A stretch of DNA of 64,000 bases from Octopus vulgaris (lineage: Eukaryota). Below the pieces are notes generated by a model. The model was not told where the DNA came from, made no database searches, and was given only the letters and a program-made list of their open reading frames with translations. Both the position numbers and the translations under genes were made by a program. This document shows, piece by piece, positions 27,575 through 40,739 of this stretch. Position 1 is the first letter of the stretch, and every line of letters starts with the position of its first letter. The stretch covers positions 51,708,001 to 51,772,000 of the forward strand of contig OX597825.1 of NCBI GenBank assembly GCA_951406725.2, in the 5' to 3' direction.

Positions 27575-28352
27575 ATATATACATACTTGTGTGCGTGTGT
27601 GTATGTATGAGTAAGTACATACACATATATGTTTGTGTGAGTATGTGCATGTACGCATACATGTTTGTGTGTGTACGTAAGACCTCTTGAACGCAGGAGG
27701 TATATATCTATGTATTGTGAAAATATGGATGCGTGTATTTTTATCTGTTTTCTTTTTTGTATATATATATATATATTTACTCTTGTACTCTTTTACTCTT
27801 TTACTTGTTTCAGTCATTTGACTGCGGCCATGCTGGAACACCGCCTTTAGTCGAGCAAATCGACTTATTCTATCGGTCTCTTTTGCCGAACCGCTATGTG
27901 ACGGGGAAGTAAACACACCAGCATCGGTTGTCAAGCAATGCTAGGGGGACAAACAAACATATACACACAGACTTATATATATATACATATATACGACAGG
28001 CTTCTTTCAGTTTCCGTCTACCAAATCCACTCACAAGGCATTGGTCGGCCCGGAACTATAGCAGAAGACATTTGCCCAAGATGCCACGCAGTGGGACTGA
28101 ACCCGGAACCATGTGGTTGGTTGGCAAGCTACTTACCACACAGCCACTCCTGCGCCTATATATATATATATATATACACAAAAAAGAAGACATAAAAATA
28201 CACGCATCCATATTTTCACAATACATAGATATATACCTCCTGCGTTCAAGAGGTCTAACGTCCACACACAAACATGTATGCGTATATGCACATACTCACA
28301 CACACAAACATATATGTGTATGTACGTACATGCACACACGCACACAAGTATG

Positions 28353-28401
<49 letters not shown>

Positions 28402-28406
28402 ATATA

Positions 28407-28444
<38 letters not shown>

Positions 28445-28810
28445 CAAAAAAGAAAACAGATAAAAAATACACGCATCCATATTTTCACAATACATAGATA
28501 TATACCTCCTGCGTTCAAGTGGTCTTACGTACACACACAAATATGTATGCGTATATGCACATACACACAAACATATATGTGTATGTACGTACTCATACAT
28601 ACACACACGCAAACAAGTATGTATATATGTATGTGTGTGTGTATTTGTACGCAACCTCATCCTCATCTACACATATTTGTTTGTGTGCGTGTAAGTACAT
28701 GTACATATACATTTTTGTGAGGGTGTACTTATGTAAATGTTGTGAACGCAGGAGGTTTATGTCGATATATTGTGAGAATATGGTTGCGTGTATTTTTTAA
28801 ATCTTTTTCA
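27575..28810. repeat. Four copies (+,-,-,+) of a ~180 bp local unit
   Basis: TGAACGCAGGAGGTATATATCTATGTATTGTGAAAATATGGATGCGTGTATTTT is forward at ~27688, inverted at ~28195 and ~28465, and forward but diverged at ~28743. Confidence 0.85.
27778..28156 (-). mobile_element. tRNA-derived SINE family A, near full length
   Basis: Very similar to 11184-11816, with a small internal deletion. Inserted in (TA)n. Confidence 0.9.
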
Positions 28811-29084
28811 TTTTTTCTTTTTCTACCTTTAGAGTAACTTCCCTTTTATTTAATGGATTTTCGTAGCGTATGTTGCCATTAATAGCCGACGAGAATGCAT
28901 CGTAGCTCTTCGCTCCGACATTCGAAACTCCAAGTACTATAATGACAACCTTTTACTGTTTGTTCTAAATTATAATAGATATAAATGATCCTCTATTTAT
29001 CTAATATCGTGGTCTCATTCTTTGTTGCTACTCGTTATTATTATATGTGTGTGTGTGTGTGTGGATATATGTATGTGTATGTGT

Positions 29085-29270
29085 GTGTCTGTGTATGTGT
29101 GCGTGTGTGTACTCATATGTTTCTGTTCCCGTAACCTAGTGGTTCGGCAAAAGGACCAGTAAAATAAGTACCAGGCTTTAGAAAAAAGTACTGATGTTGA
29201 TTCGCACGAGTAAATTTTCTTAATGTGATACCCCAGTATGGCCACAGTCTAGTGACTCAAACGAGTAATA
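29085..29270 (+). mobile_element. SINE family A, 3' half
   Basis: CCCGTAACCTAGTGGTTCGGCAAAA..AATAAGTACCAGGCTT..CCAGTATGGCCACAGTC. Confidence 0.65.
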
Positions 29271-29284
29271 TATATGTATATATA

Positions 29285-29720
29285 CAGGATGCGTAAGATG
29301 TTTGAGGACAGATTTATGTTTATAAAAAAACATATATATAACAACAGATAATAACTTTATCAAAATCTGATATGAGGATGAAAATAAACCTTCCTTTCTA
29401 TAATGTTATTCAAAAAAGCCATGTTCAGCTTCAACAACTGCTTCTATATTAGACCTAAATCATCTCGTCTCAAGTGGTCCTGGTTCATTTTGGACATTAC
29501 TCTGATTGCGGCAGCTATCAAAGAATCTTTGGTGTTATAGGCGTGTTCATTGACCCCTCTCACAACAACGCTCCACATGTAATAGACCAATCGATTGAAT
29601 TAGGAGGCCAGATGTTAGGGGTTATGCGAACATGAAAATGTTCAGCCATCCTGTGTTGCTAGAGCGATGTGTGATAGTGCAGTATCTTACTGAAACACAT
29701 ATGGCCTATTTTTATCAATG
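29285..29720 (-). mobile_element. Tc1/mariner (maT/DD37D-like) remnant: C-terminal transposase plus TIR
   Basis: Minus strand: NIWPPNS..YYMWSVV..VNEHAYNTKDSLIAAIR..RFRSNIEAVVEAEHGFFE*. Terminus TA|CAGGATGCG..TTTGAGG. Confidence 0.75.
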
Positions 29721-29983
29721 GCCAGCATATCAAAAAATACCTTTAAAGGTTAAATTTATAAATAACATATATTTGTAAATAATAACATATAGTTGTAAAT
29801 TTAATAGTGTTCACTTCCGGATTCTCTCACTTTGTGAAAGTTTCTAGTTTGAATCACACGTGTCTTGAGATGCGCCGAAGATTTTCTATTTTGGATATAT
29901 TTGGGGTACTTAGGTCTGCTCAGGACTTAGTGCTTGCTTTTTCCATGGGTATGAGTAAGTATTTCATTTATGTCTTACGTATT

Positions 29984-30037
29984 TATCGCTGAGGAGGGGA
30001 AAATTCTTATGAATTAACCCCGAAATTGGGATCGATA
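29984..30037 (+). ncRNA. Type I hammerhead ribozyme-like motif
   Basis: TATCG CTGAGGA GGGG(AAAATTCTTATGAATTAA)CCCC GAAA TTGGGAT CGATA. Stem I is 5 bp, both core strands are intact and stem II is GGGG/CCCC plus AATTC/GAATT. The cleavage triplet is one nucleotide off canonical. Confidence 0.65.
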
Positions 30038-30163
30038 CGGTAATAACGGATTTTTTAGAAATTTCTATCGGCTTGTTTCGAGACGCTTCAATTATAATGG
30101 TTATTGACAATTTTGTCTTTTTCGGCATATTTGGCATAAAAATTTTACTTTTGCCCTTATTTT

Positions 30164-30255
<92 letters not shown>

Positions 30256-30256
<1 letters not shown>

Positions 30257-30370
30257 GGTCCCGGGTTGAGTCGGGGTTAACCACAGTAAATAAGGTACTC
30301 AATACATAGCAGAGTAAATTAATTTATTTTATAGAAGGAGCTTCTATTTTATAGAAGGAGCTTCCTATAA

Positions 30371-30375
<5 letters not shown>
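30256..30375. mobile_element. Second copy of the 23425 cassette, without the palindrome
   Basis: AGGTCCCGGGTTGA.TCGGGGTTA.CCACAGTAAATAAGGTACTCAATACATAGCAGAGTAAA. Ends in a 20 bp direct duplication. Flanked by (TA)n. Confidence 0.8.
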
Positions 30376-30412
<37 letters not shown>

Positions 30413-30644
30413 CTACAGTGGTATTCGTTAATTGCATCACAGCCAATTACTCTTACCGAATATTTTCATATCAAAGTGTCTTCCAAATGTGGAAATGTAA
30501 ACTAACAATCATTGGACGTGGATGAATGGAAAAGTATATCTATATACACATATATATATATGTGTGTGTGTGTGTGTGTATGTGTGTGTGTATGTATTTG
30601 TGAATGTATGCATGTATGTATGTATGTATGTATGCATGTATGTA

Positions 30645-30930
30645 AGGCGTAGCTGTGTTGTAAGAATGTTGCTTTCCAACCACATGGTTTCGTTTCGGTC
30701 AAACTGTCTGCAACTTGGCAAAGTTTCATCTTGCATTGCCCGAAGACGACAAACACTATTTTAGTCGATTTGCTGGACGGAAACTGAAAGAAGACAGTCA
30801 CGCGCGCTCGCGTGTGTATATGTGTGTATATTTACGTGTATGCGCATGCGTCTACTTGTCTTTCTCTATGTGTTGGTTCCTCACCACCATTAACAATCTG
30901 CGTTGGTTTGTTTCCATCCCAGTAACCTAA
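30645..30930 (+). mobile_element. SINE family A, degenerate
   Basis: CCAACCACATGGTT..GACGGAAACTGAAAGAAG..CCAGTAACCTA. A minus-strand 3' fragment lies at about 31340-31425. Confidence 0.65.
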
Positions 30931-31003
30931 AAGTCCAACCCTCCTGCGTTTTGTTTAACCCAATGACAGGAACTCTTCAGCACTTCTTCTATCTATCTAT
31001 CTG

Positions 31004-31045
<42 letters not shown>

Positions 31046-31140
31046 CTTCTATCTCTCTCTCTTTCTCTCGATATATATATATATGTATATATGTATGCAT
31101 ATATATATACATATATATATATAAGCATATATGTATATAC

Positions 31141-31205
<65 letters not shown>

Positions 31206-31566
31206 TATATAATGACGTATATTTGCCATTTCAATATGGCTAACCCCTAAGGGTGGATGCTACTGTAGTTTTTAGCCCCAGGAGGACACACTCCTCCAGC
31301 TGGCCATAGACACACCTTCTGTGCCCTGTCAGTATTTGTACGCTTTTGCTGAACTGCTAAGTTACAGGGATGTAAAAACACCGACATAGGTTGTCAAGTG
31401 ATGGTGGGGAGACAAACACAAACACAAGGGAAGTCACGATGTGTTACCGCTACTGTATATAACTCACTTTGATATTTATCATCATCATATATATATAGAC
31501 TTTCTATATATAAATATTGTAATATCTACACTTACCTCATTACGCAAAAATTTATAAATATATATG

Positions 31567-32614
31567 CAGGGTGTGATGAGAAAATTGCTACCATTTTATA
31601 ATTCTAATTTCGTGTATGCACATTGTTTTTGATTTTGTCGACCACACAGTATAGTAGGGTCAGAAAAACAGCACCGTGACGCAATTCACTCAGCCAAAAG
31701 TTTGGCTATTAAGAAGGTACAGCAGCCCACAAAACTCACTCTGATTGTTCTGATATGAAAGAACTCCTGAATTTGTTCGTAAGATCCAGGCCATGATTGA
31801 CAACAAGCCCTCCAAACCAATGATCCACTGCCAGAGACATAGGAGTGTCTGGGTTTCTTATCAGGCAGGTAATGCATTCGATATTCCACGTAGAAGAAGA
31901 GAAAGGGCCAAATTGTAAACCAAGGTCGAGAGGAAAGACCGCGCTGCGAAGTTTTTGAACAAACTGAAGCATCTCCTCGAACCGAACATAAACATTCTGA
32001 CAGGATTAGATAGTGAACACACAGAAGAACCGTTGGTTTGCATTGTCCCCAAAATATGTATCGAGAGTGATAAACATTTAAACCGCCATTCATCTTCCCA
32101 CACAGTCTCAGACTCAACACGGAGGCCTACATCAAGTGCTTGCGGGAGGTAGTGCTGCCTTGGGTCAAGAGGGTCGCTGCTGGAACAGGACTCTGCACCA
32201 TGCTACACAAGCAGGAGAACCCAGTCATGGCTGTCAGACAATTTCTGCAGCCACACGTCCCCTAACATCTGGCCAACTAACTCCCCAGACTGCAACCTCC
32301 TTCTTTATTATGTGTGGTGTGTAGTTGAGCGAGAGGCCAACAAAACTCCTTGTAACACCAAATATGAACTGAAGGAAAGGATTATTGCGGCATTCAATAA
32401 CATCAACAAGGAGACCGCCCAGAAAAATTGTAGGAGATTCCGAATTCGTCTGGAGGCCATGGTTGAAGCCAATGTTGCTTTTATTGAATAAATTTATTCT
32501 TTAGTATTTCAAGATATTTTTATGTAATTTTGGTAAATATGTCTGTTAAAATAAGAATACATTGTTATTTTCATTTTTGCGTAATTTAGATGACAATTTA
32601 TTCACTGCATCTTG
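31567..32614 (+). mobile_element. Tc1/mariner maT (DD37D)-like transposon, internally deleted, both degenerate TIRs present
   Basis: Frameshifted motifs RTPEFVRKIQAMID, LRLNTEAYIKCLREVVLPWVKR, QDSAPCYTSRRTQSWLS, NIWPTNSPDCN.LYYVW and RRFRIRLEAMVEANVAFIE*. Reconstructed spacing from the second to the third catalytic position is ~37 aa. Ends CAGGGTG..AAATTG and ACAATTTA..CATCTTG|TA. Confidence 0.85.
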
Positions 32615-33464
32615 TACGTACGTACGTATATACATACATACATACATACATAAATACATACATACATATAAGCGCGTACATACACATGTGTGTGTGCATG
32701 CATGTATATAACTATTTTTATATATGCCTCCTTAAACATAAGAAGCTCGTTTACTATTTTAAACATGTTTATAGCTTGATATTTTTTTTATTTTACATCG
32801 CCAATGTCTGCCACCTTGGCTATGTTTTATTTATTGAGGTATATATATTTTTTTATTATTGCTTGTATATGTATTCTTCTCAAACCTCGTCTGATTATTT
32901 TATGAAATAGTTTTGCTATATTTATTATTCTTATTATCGTTTTCCTCCTGTTTTTGATAGGTACTGTTGTTGCGACTATCTCATATCTTTTTACGGTCGT
33001 TATTCATCATCTTTTTACGCCGGCTTCTTTGCTAATCTCTTCGCTGCTACCTTTCTGTTTCAAAGCATGGATATTTTTTTCCTAAATGAATGGTATTTCA
33101 TTTCATTGAACTTAACATATATTTATGCCGAATCTTCTTGTCACAATTGGTAGCCAAAAGATATACAAAGCAATTTTATTAATTCCATTGCAAACTCGGC
33201 AGAGCGCAGGTTGGATGACGGCAAATATATGTTTGAGCAAACAAGAAGCATATTGGCATAAATGGGGTGAACGAAAGGATGTGAGGGAGGGTTTTGTAGC
33301 TTAGTGGAGGGAAAAAGAATGCAAGTGTTGAGTGAGAAATTTTGAAGGTAATGTTTTAGAAAATGTAAAGACGGACGGCGGAAGATAAAGCGTAAATCAA
33401 CCAGTGAATATGAGAATGTGTTTGTCGAGATTTGTACATATATACATGTAGATATTTATTTAGA

Positions 33465-33521
<57 letters not shown>

Positions 33522-33612
33522 ATATGTGTATATGATACACTGAAAGATTAGGTATATTAATATATGTGAGGGCTGACTACAGGAAGTCAGTGTAATGTGG
33601 TATAGATTAGAG

Positions 33613-33854
33613 CAGTAGTTTGCAACCGGGGTCCATATGACTAATGGGGTTGCATATAAGATTTTCTTGTTTAAATTTATGTACAATAAATTGCTTATGC
33701 TTCTACAATACACATATCAATTTTTCTTATATAATTCCATATAATATTTAATTATAGAAATAATGAAGTTTATACAGGGAATACCTGTGGAGGTCCATTC
33801 GAGTAAAATAGGAATCAAAAAAGTTCATGGATAAAAAGTGATTGAGAACCACTG
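33613..33854. mobile_element. hAT (Charlie-like) MITE
   Basis: Termini CAGTAGTTTGCAAC and ATTGAGAACCACTG fit the CAGTGGTTCTCAA hAT TIR. Flanking 8-mers GATTAGAG and AAAAAGAG look like a decayed TSD. Confidence 0.7.
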
Positions 33855-34474
33855 AAAAAGAGCAAAGAGCTTATGAATGTCACATAAAATGGGAGAGAGA
33901 GATAGAAGTTTAATTGTGAGACTGTTGAGGGAAATACGATATATTGGAGGCAAGAACAAGGAAAATAACGAAAAATGTTGCGTACTTGAATGAGAGAGCT
34001 ATGGGATAAAACATGCGAGTGGTTGATTATACCGTAAAGCATCTTAGTGACAGCTTAACATAAAAAGATAGTGAGGTATAAAGCTTTTAATGTGTTGTGA
34101 TGTGGCAGCAATTGTGCCTGCATTTACGAGTGACCTTGCAGCATTGTGAAGGCATGTGGCCAAAGTGGTTATATAACATACGAATACTTACATATACGAA
34201 CGTATACATACATATATATGCACGAATGCAAAGTCAGAAATCCGGGATCTGGAATTATCCAGCAACTTTTTTTGCTAGTTAGTCTGTCTTCTCTCCTGGT
34301 GCTGTATGAACTTTTAATGTGGCTTTCGAGTCAAGTTTTGGCTGCTATTTCAAGCGTGGTGGTATCTCTTAGATACCCTAAATTATAATTTTAATAATAA
34401 TTATTACCTTTGAAGGTTTTTATTCCCATGCTGGCCACTTGATAAGTTCGATATTTAAATAATGATCTTATCCT

Positions 34475-34528
<54 letters not shown>

Positions 34529-34849
34529 CATGTATGTATGTATGTATGTGTGTATGTATGTATGTATGTGTGTATGTATGTATGTATGCATGTATGTATG
34601 TATAACCTAGCGTTCGTGTGTGTTTGTGTGGCTTGCGTCCATGTATGTGTTGCATTTGTTTAATATATCTTCTTCAGATATATGATATGCACTTCATTTG
34701 GATAGGTAAATGATAAAGGAAGAAATGGTGGGGAGACGGATAAATGACTATAGAGGAAGAATACAGCGACAGAACGGAGGAAATTGTTGTAAATATAATG
34801 TGATGATGGTGATAATAATGACGCTGATGGTGGCGATGTTGTAGTTCTT

Positions 34850-34880
<31 letters not shown>

Positions 34881-35989
34881 GGGAAGGGTAACGGTGGTGG
34901 TGGTGGTGGAAGCACCGGCGGCGTTTGTGGCGGCAGGGTGGCAGTAGGGATGATGGCACAAGAAGAAAAAAGAGTAGCATCGAATGAGGGAATAGATTAA
35001 GTCAGTAGTATAAACATCTCAGCTTCTCCTGAGTCTATTGAAAACAATTCTGTTGACAAAGCTAATTCTTTTTTGTGTTGTTATTGCTGTTAACTCGAGA
35101 TGGCCAACAACATTGATAAATAAATGTATGAAATGCAGGTAAAACACTCAACAGAATAGAATTATTTTGTATTTGTATCTAATACTCAACCTACGCATTT
35201 TCTCTCTGCCTTTTCACGATCTGTTTTCTGTTTTCTTAACTTCTTTATAAAATAAAGGCATTTTGGAGTTGGTGGATCTCGTCATATAACTTTGCGTCTT
35301 ACGGAGCTGATATAGACTTTTCCTAAAGTGTCATAGTTTCGTATTCATACTGCATGTGCTACGTCATATTCCCTGATATATCATTTTATATTTACGCAAA
35401 CGACAGAGAATTTACGCACTGGATCTACATCTGTGAATTAGCATTTCCACTAACTTCAGATAATAGGTAAGATACAAGCCAAGCAGAGTAGAATGTTCGC
35501 TTCTTTACCGTGTACCCTAAACAGAATAACGTATTATGCCTTTTTTGTGAGCAATGTCTCGTCTGTAGAATATGGCAGACGGTAACTGCATGGAAGCCCC
35601 ATCGGATATGTACGTTTACCCCTCTACACAGTCATATATACTTCAATTGTATGGGTAAACTTCTAGTAAATGAACCGAACGCATTTTCGTTCAACAGATG
35701 AACGAGACTTTTAGAAAAGTGAAATGAATCAGATATAAAATGTAATAAAATATACAAGGCTTCAAAAAATGTACAGCTGTGAGGAAACAGCTGCACATTT
35801 GGAAATGAACATCAGCTCACGTATAGAAATACACATACAATATATTTCGCCGCTGTACAGGTTTTTTTTACCGGTAGTTTATATAACACTCTACTTTGTT
35901 GAATCCTCCTCCGATAGAACAGCAAAAGTGAGTGAATGGCGAGATCAGTTGCATATATATATAGATACACACACATACATATAAACACA

Positions 35990-36055
<66 letters not shown>

Positions 36056-36112
36056 AGTGTATGTATATATATGTGTGTGTGTATATATATTGTGTATATG
36101 TATATGTATATG

Positions 36113-36145
<33 letters not shown>

Positions 36146-36149
36146 GTAA

Positions 36150-36223
<74 letters not shown>

Positions 36224-36369
36224 TGGCCTGCTCGCTTAGCCAGCGGGGTGGCGTCATTCGATGGCGAAAACAATGCGAACGCATTGCGACCAGCGATGTG
36301 TAACAACATCTGATGGTCTGGTCGGTCACGTGATCACGTGATATATATATATATACACACACACACACA

Positions 36370-36458
<89 letters not shown>

Positions 36459-36499
36459 GTACATACATATATGTATGTGTGCGTATGTATGTGTACGTA

Positions 36500-39135
36500 G
36501 GTGGTTGTGTCCCAGTGGCATGAACAAGGGACGCTGCCCTTCTTCCATCCTAAACAGTGCCAAAATTCTGTCACAAAGGATGTGCCTGAACCTAGAAGGC
36601 AACTAGCACCATTTGAAGGACACAAAACGAACGAAAAATAAAAGTAGAGGCATGCAACTACAACAACAAAACAAAATACAACTACATTTTACCTCGTAAA
36701 ACCAAATAACGAAGATAGGACTTTGGGAAAATCATAAGACCAAATAACATAAACATGAAGAATGTATCATCGGACCAAGTGGCAAACTAAAGAGTTAACT
36801 CTTATTTACTAACTTATCTAGAAAATATGAAGGCTGAACTAAACGAGGAGATTCAACGAGCTATCAGCAGCCGTATAGTCAAAACACAAGGAACATACGC
36901 CCACCATCAACTAGAACATCACCCCACACACAGAGCTCCATACAAAACCTACCCTCACTGCTACCTCTGAACAACATGACATATAAGACTAAGCACTTAG
37001 AACAATACTAACATGAAACTACCCTTGTGTTGACATTCCTACCAAATGAACGTGACATCAACCCATCACTCACAGCCCCAAAATGAAAAATTCGATAAAT
37101 AGTCAGTTGTCTTGCCGAAACGGCAAATAGTATCCCTTTATTTATCCTCACTGAAACTCACCTAAAAAGCACTCACATGGATGCCGAGGTGAAAATAAAG
37201 ATTTCACCCTCTTCCGTGCAGATCGCACAGACCGAAATAGAAGCGGAACAGTCATTTTTCTCCATATCTCCTTTGCAATTGATGCCAGGGACATATTTTC
37301 CAATGGCTACTGTGAATCCATATCATTATTCATCAAGCCCTACGACATAATCATTATTGATCTCCCAAGCTCCTCTAAAGTGCTTTGAAGAATGCCTCAA
37401 CAAAATCAAGTCCTTCCTTCAAAAATACAAATCTAGAAACTTACTGGTGATGTGTGATTTTAACCTCCCTTATGAAAAGTGGCCCACAAATACTCTGAAG
37501 TTAGGCAACTGCACTACACTAGATAAAGCAGCAGGAATACTCTTTAATATAGTGGAGGAATTTTTCCTGGCATATTTAGTGTTCAAACAAATCAGGCAGA
37601 ATAAAATGATTTCGGATCTGATATTAACAAACCACTTTAGCTCCATTGACAGCATTTCAGTTGAAAAAGACTCTCTCTCAGACCACGACATGATAATCTG
37701 CAACTTTAATTTTCGGCATATCAAAACCAAACCAGTAAATCCCACTCTACTGCACTTATTTGACAACATAGACTTCCACAAAGCGGACTGTGGCGCAATC
37801 AGAAAGGATCTGTCTTTCATCGACTGGTCTTCCATTTTCAGTTCCACTGACATTGAAACCACATGGCAGCGCTTTGAGAACATTGTCACCTATACAAGCT
37901 CAAAACACGCTCCTACGAAATTCACTAGCACAAACAGAATCTTCACTTCAATAAAGTGTTCGACAGAGTCGACCACAATATCCTACTGTCAAAATTGTCA
38001 AATGTTGGAATCCATGGAAAACTATTACACAGGGTTGAGTATTTCCTGGCGAACAGAACACAACATGTTTTGATCGGTGGAATCTACTCAAGCCCAGCAA
38101 AAGTCACCGGTAGTGTCCTACAGAGGATTGTCATGGGCCCGCTTCTTTTTATAGTCTACATAAATGATGCTTCCAGTGTCAAGAAACACAGCTAATGACT
38201 CTATACTCCAGATAATTATCAATGGAGAAAAATACCGAACTGAACTCCACACTGATCTACATGTTGTGAGTCAATTGGCATTCAAAAACAAAATGCAATT
38301 AAACGAGAGAAAATTTGAGCTCATGCATTGTGGAAGAAAGACTATGCTAAAACTGCCACACTCTTTTCATTCAGGGTAACAACTCACAAAATCTAATAAT
38401 ATCAGAGATTTAGGAGTAGTTGTTGACAATAGTTTCAGCTAGAGAGCCCACGTCAACAATAAGGTCGACATAGCTCGTAGGATGAACTCCTGGATCCTAA
38501 GAATCTTCGGTCCAGAGAACAAGGTGTTGTCATTCCTCTTTTCCCCTCCATTTTGCGGCCACATTTCGAATATTCCTGCCCCTTGTGACCTCTTCATGCA
38601 AAACAAAAGATTTCACAAGCTGAATCATCCAAGATGACATTCACTAAAAAAATTAAGGGCATGACTGATCTCGATTATTGGGACCGCCTTAAAGCATTGA
38701 AACTATTCTCCCCAGCACCGCCGTGAGCGATACATAATTTGCACGATGTGGAGAATATACGACCAGCATTACCCAAATAACCTCAAAATTCTTCCAAGGT
38801 TAAGACCACGGGACGTACGTCCTCTATTCAATTATTCAATTCAAAATCACAACACATAAATACACTGCAACACGATTTTCTTTTCCTCAACTGGCCCTTC
38901 TCTATTTAACATAGTCCCGAAACAGACCAAAGAGGAAAAGGATCCCATCACCTTTAAACGGAATCTGGACTAATTTCTACAAGGAATACTAGATAAGCCT
39001 CTTATACCGGAATACAACTCACTCTACAAAACTTAATGTGGAAAAAAATTTAGCTAATCCTAAGAGGTGGTCCTATTAAGTTAGACATGGCCTGGACTAA
39101 TCTTTCGTCGAAACATAGCTAAGTTATCTAAGTTA
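36500..39135 (+). mobile_element. CR1-group LINE, decayed: ORF1 remnant, APE endonuclease, RT with internal deletion, 3' tandem tail
   Basis: Cys/His-rich ORF1 remnant ([14 protein letters not shown]) at ~36500-36625. APE motifs ILTETHL, LFRADR, CDFNLP, DLILTN, SDHDMI. RT motifs FNKVFDRVDHNILLSKL, GPLLFIVYIND, IRDLGVVVD, RPHFEY, YWDRLKALKL. Tail (CTAAGTTAT)x2. Confidence 0.9.
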
Positions 39136-40687
39136 TATATATATACGTGTGTGAAATTAACATTGCGAATTGAAAACAAAACTTCAGATTAACCTAAAGC
39201 AACGAGCTATTATAGCAATCATTGGAATAAAGATTGTTAGAACTAGAATGTTGGTTTGGGCTATTCGAACACTCTCAAAATGTTATTTACACATTAATTT
39301 GCATGTGTGTGTGCGCGCGCGCGCATGTATGCATGTGCGTGTGTGTGTGTGTGTGTAGTCTTCAAGATTCAGTTATTTTCATACATCGCTGTTTTCCGTT
39401 CTGACATTATCTTCGGAAAATAATTATAGCGTTCTATGTGCATCTTGCCGTCGAGAAATACAGTATGCTTGGAGAAGGACTTTATTGTAATACGTGTTTT
39501 TCGATTAATAGCTGAGAATCAGGATACATTTATTTCTCTTTTTACTTTAACTGAAGAAATTACCAAAGAGTCGCGACTTGAACGCTTTAGGAGATAGCTG
39601 TGAACGAATAAAGCTAATTTAGAGCTACAGAAGATCAACATCACTGAATACTCCAAGATTGTCTCACGGGAAAGTAAAGCAGAGAAGGAAATAAAACTAT
39701 AGGTACTCTGGTAATGCTACAGAATCGTACTTAATTCAATAAGGAAAGAATGCGCGCGCACGCACACACTCACTCATAAATACTCACATATACACACACA
39801 CACACACACATTGCTTCTACATGGAAAAATCTGGTAACTCTCATTAGTAACATTTCTGCATAGGAAGTACATGTGTATATATGCAGTCAATTTTCTGTTA
39901 TATATGGTATATTAATAGCAAGATGCTTCGTCAGTATCTTACAACTAATAGTTTCACCACAACATGTTTTTCCCGTTAACCTTGGGTAACTTTATTATTC
40001 TACCTTTTCTCTTCTTTCTAAATTTTCAATTCAACTAATATTTTTAGCTGCAATTAACAGAACATGGAGTGAGATCAATCTAATAGTTTATAGCTATAAC
40101 CTTACATTTCCCTAAATAATTAAATATACCGTAATTCTAATATTTGGATAATACTTCCTTTAAAACGGTCTATTTTTTTTTTTTTTTTTTACAAAAACGT
40201 ACGAAGGAAATACTTTTAATTTTCTTTGTATTTTCTACAGTCACACAGAAGTGACAATTGTCAATTCAACAGACACTAACAAGCGCTTACAAACATATGG
40301 TGTAACAGACAAATACATCAAATCGCTTATACGAACACACAGACATAATTCTACAAATACAATCGTCAGTGAATACATAAGTGTTACATACACAGGGATT
40401 TTTCTATGCAATTCACAAATCAATATATATGTACCACATAAGCACTTGTCATTAAATGACGAGCAATTTTATGGTGACAGTAATAGTTTGAATGCAAAAA
40501 CGGATTTTCTCCTTCACGTGCACGCAGTTCTCCACTCCCCCCCCTAAAAAAAAAACACACACCACATACACACATTATGTTGTCAACTCGATTTCCATTA
40601 TAACCACTGTTTCATTGAACACATATTCCTTTAGCAGTTTTCTCAGCATAGCTAACGCGGGCCCCCAGCGGGTTAAACTTTCTCCGA

Positions 40688-40726
<39 letters not shown>

Positions 40727-40739
40727 ACAATATTTCTAA

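Noticed and set aside
36218-36342. GC-rich 125 bp island in (TA)n ending in tandem CACGTG E-boxes
   Set aside because: It looks like a fragment of a dispersed repeat. No regulatory role can be supported.
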